DNA from: a virus
IMG/VR virus record: IMGVR_UViG_3300045988_171858
Length of the DNA stretch: 64,000 bases
Reading direction: 5' to 3' (one strand)
The translations under genes were made by a program, and so were the position numbers. The notes beneath the pieces are model-generated. The model was not told where the DNA came from and made no database searches. It worked only from the letters and a program-made list of their open reading frames with translations. Shown here piece after piece: positions 58,913-64,000 of this stretch. How positions within the stretch are numbered: the first letter of the stretch is position 1; every line of letters starts with the position of its first letter.

Positions 58913-60933
58913 TGATTTTTCTCCGGGTTAAATTTGTTAAACGCAACAAGAATCTCTCCATAATTGGTTTGAGACTTATCAATAATGCCGCGCTCATAAT
59001 CTGTTTTCTCCGCCTCTTGTGGTGCCACTTGTTCTTTTTCCTCACCATTCCAAGCTGTTACCCAAGGAATAGGATTCTTAGTTACAGATTGCAGGCCACA
59101 CAACTCTTCCAGCGGCGGAAGGTTGTATCGTTTCAATCTAGCAGTTGCCAGATAGCGCAGATACTCTTCAAGGATTGCTTGGTTAAAGGCAAAAATTTCA
59201 CCTTCTTTGAACAGGTACTTGCACCAGTCAAGCTCTTCCATAATGGCATCTCGCCATATTCCTTCAATTGCACATTTGACGTCTTCTTCTTCAGACACCA
59301 TAAGGAAGTCGATATCATCGACAGGAAGAATGCTTAGCAGGTTGTTTGTGATTGCGACGTGAATATTTTCGTCCCTATTGATGAGTTTAATAATACGCGC
59401 AAGTCCGGGCAATTTGCCCATTTGTCCAAAGATGAAACTACATGCAAAAGATACTTGGAATCGGATAGACTCCAAAGCATTTGCAGTATGCAATGCAAGC
59501 CACAAAGCCCTTACAGCTTCAATACGCTCACATCTACCTTCATAGTAATCTTGAACCTTTTGAATGGCATCATCATAATATTTGCAGATGCTATCTTTAC
59601 ATTGGACAATCTCTTGGATGTCCATAACAGTATCCAAAGTTTCTTTTGGATTAACAAAAGACTGTTGGATAATATGTGTATATGAGAATGAATGCAGGCA
59701 GTTGCCGGTAATAGACGGGATGCCTTTATAACGAATGACAAACGCGCCGGTTGGCACTGTTAAGCAGTAAACCTTACCTTCATATTGCTCATAAGTCTTT
59801 TCGACAAAATCACCACGAACAGTATCGTCATGGCTAATATACAATACATAGCCGCCATCCTCTTCTTTGTATGTAGAATGAATGCCAGACATAAAGAGCA
59901 ATGCCTGAATATCGTCCACAATTTCTTTACGCTCAATCCAAAGGTTATCTTTACCAGAAGCTTCGGCCATATTTTTAATTAAACCAAGAAGCTGATAACC
60001 TTTAAGATAGCTCATCGAAGAAAGAGGCAGTATATCAGTAAGGCGATTATGATAGACATCTTTAATTGCTCCATCTAATTGGAATTCAATACGGTCATCG
60101 AATACAAAGCTAGGTTTAGCTAAGTTCGACAACAAATCGGCCGCATACTTATTCTTTCCATAAAAATGAAGTTCATCAGGAATACCATCATCTGTCTTAA
60201 GGTGATATCCAAGGACAGTTGCATACACCTTAGCGGCTGTAATCGCATCAAAATCAGCACTGAATTCTTCATCTTCAAAAGCAGTGCCGGTCAATGGCAA
60301 ACCAACCATCTCATGCGGCTCAAACTTATCGGCCTCTTCAAAACCAAAAGAGTCATAGGTCACAAAAGGCATTCTATGGTTCTTAGTTACGAACTGCTCA
60401 AAATTACCATTAGCAGATTTAAAACGAACCAGTTCTTCGTTCTTATCGTAAACATGAATCTTCTCAGGATGAGTCCAATACAACCCTCTATTGGTAGAAC
60501 GATATTGAGCAACCATAGTTTCCATAGTTACATCTTTAATATCAATCCATCCCTTGTCGGTAAGAACTTCAGCTCCTTCAGCCAAACATTCAAACAAAGA
60601 CCAAGTTTGAATCACACATTCAAGACTAGGATCAGCAACCGCCGGATTAAACACAGCAGTAGGAGCACGACCCATAATAGAATCCAATAGGATCTGACGC
60701 TTAATGTTAGAAATAACAATATGCTCCTCCGCCTTTGTAAGCAAAGGAAAGTTAGTTCTATCATTAGTCATATCAATTTCTTCAGGGCGCCAAATCTTTT
60801 CAAGCTGCATTGTAAATAAATCCAAGATAACTTTGTATCTAGGATTATCAAAACGCTGGACCGTAGCGCCCTGGCTGCGGTCCAAGAATAAAGTCTTAGG
60901 AAACAATTCGTTCCCAAATACTGTACCTGTCAT
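58909..60933 (-). CDS. nrdB: ribonucleotide reductase class I beta subunit containing an intein
   Basis: Exteins join as ...IQTWSLFE|CLHSFSYTHII (the R2 iron-ligand motif E..H..SY). The extein total is 378 aa. Confidence 0.85.
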   Translation of the reverse strand: MTGTVFGNELFPKTLFLDRSQGATVQRFDNPRYKVILDLFTMQLEKIWRPEEIDMTNDRTNFPLLTKAEEHIVISNIKRQILLDSIMGRAPTAVFNPAVADPSLECVIQTWSLFECLAEGAEVLTDKGWIDIKDVTMETMVAQYRSTNRGLYWTHPEKIHVYDKNEELVRFKSANGNFEQFVTKNHRMPFVTYDSFGFEEADKFEPHEMVGLPLTGTAFEDEEFSADFDAITAAKVYATVLGYHLKTDDGIPDELHFYGKNKYAADLLSNLAKPSFVFDDRIEFQLDGAIKDVYHNRLTDILPLSSMSYLKGYQLLGLIKNMAEASGKDNLWIERKEIVDDIQALLFMSGIHSTYKEEDGGYVLYISHDDTVRGDFVEKTYEQYEGKVYCLTVPTGAFVIRYKGIPSITGNCLHSFSYTHIIQQSFVNPKETLDTVMDIQEIVQCKDSICKYYDDAIQKVQDYYEGRCERIEAVRALWLALHTANALESIRFQVSFACSFIFGQMGKLPGLARIIKLINRDENIHVAITNNLLSILPVDDIDFLMVSEEEDVKCAIEGIWRDAIMEELDWCKYLFKEGEIFAFNQAILEEYLRYLATARLKRYNLPPLEELCGLQSVTKNPIPWVTAWNGEEKEQVAPQEAEKTDYERGIIDKSQTNYGEILVAFNKFNPEKNQ
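59701..60588 (-). mobile_element. intein (296 aa) within nrdB, probable degenerate LAGLIDADG endonuclease core
   Basis: Starts CLAEGAEVLTDKG (block A). TKNH is block B. Ends VYCLTVPTGAFVI...IPSITGN with C as the +1 residue. VLGYHLKTDDG and IQALLFMSGIHS are LAGLIDADG-like. Confidence 0.8.
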
Positions 60934-60953
60934 ACTAGCTATTCCTTTTTGTA

Positions 60954-60983
60954 ATTATAATAGTAGGAACATCTTAATTGCAA
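60954..60983 (-). promoter_or_regulatory. sigma70-like promoter for nrdB
   Basis: On the minus strand: TTGCAA, an 18-nt spacer, TATAAT, then AAGGA about 9 nt before the ATG at 60933. Confidence 0.35.
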
Positions 60984-60997
60984 CAAAGCAATAAGGT

Positions 60998-61627
60998 CGG
61001 ACGAAAATGTCCGCTCGGATCCGGCAGCATGCCGGATCTGCAGTCACCCCCGGGCACGGGGGCCCAACATCTGCGAAGCACGGTGTTGGAATCTTCTCAG
61101 AAACGAACCTCAGTTCGTAGAAGGTTGGGAATAGCATGTACTCCCACAGCTAGTTTTTCTTTTAGAAAAAATAAAGATATTAATGAGCCTCAGCTCATAT
61201 AAGGCCGGAAGGAAAACTTCCGTCACCGGGCGCGTCCGCGGCCGTGTGATCAGCTCCGCCAGGCAGCGCCGGGCGGGCGCATTATTTTACCAAAATAATG
61301 CAATACAATATTAACGGACCTCAATCCATTTTAAGGCAGAAGACTATAAGGTTATCCCAGCTGTCAATCACAACTGATGCACCGCACATCTTCTACATTT
61401 TAGCAGGCGCTAAAATGCATTTATTTGAATCTACCCAAAGCGTAGATTCAAATGTCTAAGTATAATCACTCTTAAGTGACAAAGACCGGAAGGCAAGCTT
61501 CCGTGCCGGAGCAGAGCCCACGGGATCTGGCCGGCACCTACAGCATCAGGCTGCCCGAATTTCGCAGAAATTTGGATGGTGTTATAACGATCCTTAAATC
61601 GTAGTTGCCGACTCTGCCCTGGTCGGC
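60998..61627. ncRNA. candidate large structured RNA (strand unresolved)
   Basis: At least 18 stem-loops in 630 nt, GC-rich blocks in an AT-rich context, a duplicated two-hairpin module, and no credible ORF. Confidence 0.45.
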
Positions 61628-61721
61628 CCGGGTTATAAAGGAAATTTCATTATGACTTTAGAATTTATGAAAATTAAATCTAAAAGGTTATGGAGCTTAA
61701 TCCATCGCCGCAATTAATCTT

Positions 61722-62210
61722 TTATTTTTCTGTGGCATTGCGATCAACCACACCTTTTTGTTTTTGTTCTCGATAACGTTTTGCCCTGATCTCCCTTGCC
61801 TTCTCTAAGGCCGGATTTTCAGAACTCTTCATTATAGAATTGAAATCGTATTCAACATCAGGATAAGGCACTGAATCTATGATCGCCTTTAGCTCTTCTT
61901 TACTTTTAGGACATTCGGATTGAGGAATCCTAATTAGCTTAATGCCGGACTCTTCTGCTTTTCTGTCCTTCTTTTTGTCCTTGAACTGCTGCCACTTAAA
62001 GCCTGTAATGTCTTTATGAAAATGTTTAATAAATTCAGCATGCTGGGCCCCATCGGTTTCTACGACTATTCCCATTTCTTTGACGAAACAGTCATATCTC
62101 GTCCCATCTGGAAGACAAGCTTCGTATATAACATTACACGTAGGATAAAGCTGGCAAAGATAGCCATAAATAATGCGCTGTTCATTGGAGCCTCTATTAT
62201 CGGCCGCCAT
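61722..62210 (-). CDS. DUF559/Vsr-like PD-(D/E)XK endonuclease (possible free-standing homing endonuclease)
   Basis: YDCFVKEMGIVVETDGAQH...DKKKDRKAEESGIKLIRIP fits the D...hhhE-x-DG..H...D..K...G..hhRh pattern. Confidence 0.5.
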   Translation of the reverse strand: MAADNRGSNEQRIIYGYLCQLYPTCNVIYEACLPDGTRYDCFVKEMGIVVETDGAQHAEFIKHFHKDITGFKWQQFKDKKKDRKAEESGIKLIRIPQSECPKSKEELKAIIDSVPYPDVEYDFNSIMKSSENPALEKAREIRAKRYREQKQKGVVDRNATEK

Positions 62211-62526
62211 AACAAATACCCTGAATAGAGCTCAATTCTCCATGAGCAATGCCATCTAGAACCTTTCCGAGTCCATTATCGTAAAAGAACTTACGATACG
62301 CCTCAAACGCTTTATCATCATCAACGCGCTTAAAGTTATGAGTGGCAAATTTCCAAATGGCACGTTTATCAATCAGTTCATTGATATAGCAGGCGTTATA
62401 AACCTTATCTACAATCAGTGCAACTTCAATACCATCATCTTCGAGGACGGCAACAACGACCTGATGGTCGAAGCTGCCTTCCACATTAAAACCCATTTTC
62501 TCAGGGGCCATATGTACTATCTTCAT
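62197..62526 (-). CDS. hypothetical protein
   Basis: The ORF is open from TTG at 62592. The ATG at 62526 is preceded by AAAGGA and gives less overlap with the upstream gene, so it is preferred. Start is uncertain. Confidence 0.4.
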   Translation of the reverse strand: MKIVHMAPEKMGFNVEGSFDHQVVVAVLEDDGIEVALIVDKVYNACYINELIDKRAIWKFATHNFKRVDDDKAFEAYRKFFYDNGLGKVLDGIAHGELSSIQGICYGGR

Positions 62527-62824
62527 CGGAATCCTTTTCTGGGCAATCTTTCTTACACTTGCATCTGAATAGTATATAAATATGTTCAACAAGAAGCAAA
62601 AATGTAGCCAATGCGAAGACGCCTAAAATGAAGACCACTGGAGTCATAAAAATCAATGGCCACGGAACAAATGCAATTTCCCCGCTAATCTTCATCAGTA
62701 TCATTGGCAAGATACCGGCAGTAAACCCAACACCAATAAGCTTTAGATTATGGAATGACAATTCATCCTTATCTAGTGCAATTTTGGCTTTTCTTTTCTT
62801 ACTCTTTATAGAACGAACTGTCAT
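62501..62824 (-). CDS. small multi-TM membrane protein with charged C-terminus
   Basis: Hydrophobic segments LIGVGFTAGILPMILM, FVPWPLIFMTPVVFILGVFALATFLLLV, then CKCKKDCPEKDSDED. Confidence 0.45.
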   Translation of the reverse strand: MTVRSIKSKKRKAKIALDKDELSFHNLKLIGVGFTAGILPMILMKISGEIAFVPWPLIFMTPVVFILGVFALATFLLLVEHIYILFRCKCKKDCPEKDSDEDSTYGP

Positions 62825-62834
62825 GTCTCAATCC

Positions 62835-63710
62835 TTAGAAATTGTCAGGTATCATCTTTTGTATTCCGCAATAATTATGATTTGGGCAAGCAGAACATTT
62901 TCCCGGATTACCTCCGGAAGTAGAGTCAGAGTTCATAAATCTGATAGCTATTTCTTTTAGCGGCCCTTGAGTAAACTCAGGTCGCTTGGTCACTCCTGTA
63001 TTGATATTAGGTGTCCAACCAAATGGAATCCGAATATCATGCAAAGTATTAACCTTAATCCCTATATCTTCTATATGCTTTACAACTGCCATGTTTCTTG
63101 GATTGTTATATGCATACATCGGGTTGTTTTTATCATCTTGATGAAAAGGACTAATTAAAAAAACCTCAATTCCATCTTCCATCAATAGGATAAGGTCTAT
63201 CGACGTATGAAACGTCTTTCTTGGCTTTCTGCCATAGGACCAAAATATAAGCTCGTCATTAATAGCGCCCTTAGAGTTATACACCCTATCAGAGATTATA
63301 TCCAAAGACTCGGTTAAGAATCTTCTTAGTGCCGCTTTATACGACTCCATATTTTCATCTCCAGCTGGGAGTATCTTCCTAATTTTGCGCTCAAAATAGA
63401 GAATTGGGGCATTGCTAGGCCCATTCAAATCAGACATATAGATCTTAATTGCTTCATATAAAGCCAGGGCGGCCCGCTCTTTCTCACTGAGATTTTCATC
63501 ATCAGAAGAAAGACCTTCAAAAGAAATGATTTGATTTAGACTACGATAAACTGTATCCGGCGCGTCAATCTTATTCCTGCATTGGGTATACAATTTAAAC
63601 ATATTAGCATTAAGCTCCATATAAGGAGCATCAGCCCTAGTCCTTCTATCATGAAGAGGTATCTCAACCTCCTCCTTTAAGACAAGCTCTTCTATCTCAT
63701 TGTTGAACAT
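62835..63710 (-). CDS. possible Cas4/RecB-like nuclease with C-x2-C-x5-C Fe-S motif
   Basis: C-terminal CSACPNHNYC (62868-62897) plus an N-terminal Cys44. IDLILLMEDGIEVF is only partly PD-(D/E)XK-like and has no clear Lys. Confidence 0.35.
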   Translation of the reverse strand: MFNNEIEELVLKEEVEIPLHDRRTRADAPYMELNANMFKLYTQCRNKIDAPDTVYRSLNQIISFEGLSSDDENLSEKERAALALYEAIKIYMSDLNGPSNAPILYFERKIRKILPAGDENMESYKAALRRFLTESLDIISDRVYNSKGAINDELIFWSYGRKPRKTFHTSIDLILLMEDGIEVFLISPFHQDDKNNPMYAYNNPRNMAVVKHIEDIGIKVNTLHDIRIPFGWTPNINTGVTKRPEFTQGPLKEIAIRFMNSDSTSGGNPGKCSACPNHNYCGIQKMIPDNF

Positions 63711-63984
63711 TTTGACCGATACCCTGTTTAGCAGCAGTATTTTGCTGAATCAGTGCATCAAACTCACGAGGAGTCATCTCTTCAAAGTAAGCCTTCTCAG
63801 GCCAGAATCTAGTTGGAATATCACCCTTAAAGGATGCAACTTTATTCTTACCAATGCTCCAGATAACAAGAGGTTTTCTACGACGAGATTCATCTTCGCT
63901 ATAATCAATATGATAAGCGACTGCATTCTCGCGCAGACCATGCAACTCATTCCAACCGTGCATAATCAGATTACTGTCATACAC
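63697..63984 (-). CDS. hypothetical protein
   Basis: 95-aa ORF. The listed start is GTG, with an in-frame ATG at 63963. It overlaps the downstream gene by 14 nt and lies near the window edge. Confidence 0.4.
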   Translation of the reverse strand: MYDSNLIMHGWNELHGLRENAVAYHIDYSEDESRRRKPLVIWSIGKNKVASFKGDIPTRFWPEKAYFEEMTPREFDALIQQNTAAKQGIGQNVQQ

Positions 63985-64000
63985 AAGGCTGTTAGATTCG

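Noticed and set aside
58912-60994. Several + strand ORFs (58912-59337, 59359-59685, 60166-60690, 60704-60994) across nrdB
   Set aside because: They are antisense to a gene with unambiguous RNR-beta and intein motifs. Their translations are low-complexity, Phe/Ile/Asn-rich sequence.
60998-61627. Known riboswitch (cobalamin, TPP) or tRNA/tmRNA in the nrdB-upstream block
   Set aside because: I read both strands. There is no B12-box-like GCCACUG/AGYCMGG core. There is only an isolated CUGAGA without the ACCUGAUCUGG partner expected for TPP. There is no cloverleaf with a GTTCRANYC T-loop and no tmRNA ends. This rests on visual inspection only, so a covariance-model search is still needed.

Overview
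This window looks like a contiguous piece of a large contractile-tailed dsDNA phage genome. It is AT-leaning and almost gaplessly coding, with many ATGA/TAATG start-stop overlaps. Nt 1-52434 (+ strand) is a late virion module. It encodes a 5'-truncated structural gene and a 1188-aa Asp-box protein. Small neck-type proteins follow, then the tail sheath and three tail-tube-family paralogs, one of them fused to a staphylococcal-nuclease domain. Next come two paralogous chaperone-like proteins and three consecutive giant proteins of 1256, 1667 and 1961 aa. The 1667-aa protein carries motifs resembling both barrels of two-barrel RNA polymerases. The 1961-aa protein carries M23 peptidase, lysozyme-like and hub-like segments. 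After these come gp25/J-like baseplate genes, a long series of fibre and spike genes (two collagen-like), an embedded spanin pair and a 1240-aa beta-helix tailspike. A bidirectional hairpin terminator at 52446-52471 separates this from a minus-strand module (52481-64000). That module encodes a soluble M23 peptidase, a dNMP kinase and class I ribonucleotide reductase. nrdA is interrupted by an ORF-less 267-nt group I-like intron, and nrdB carries a 296-aa intein. The module also holds a glutaredoxin-like gene, a DUF559/Vsr-like endonuclease, a possible Cas4-like Fe-S nuclease and several small unknowns. The only long non-coding stretch (about 790 nt upstream of nrdB) is extremely hairpin-dense and is my best candidate for an undescribed large structured RNA. 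I saw no rRNA, tRNA, CRISPR array, integrase or transposase. All functional calls rest on motifs read by eye from the translations; no database search was possible.
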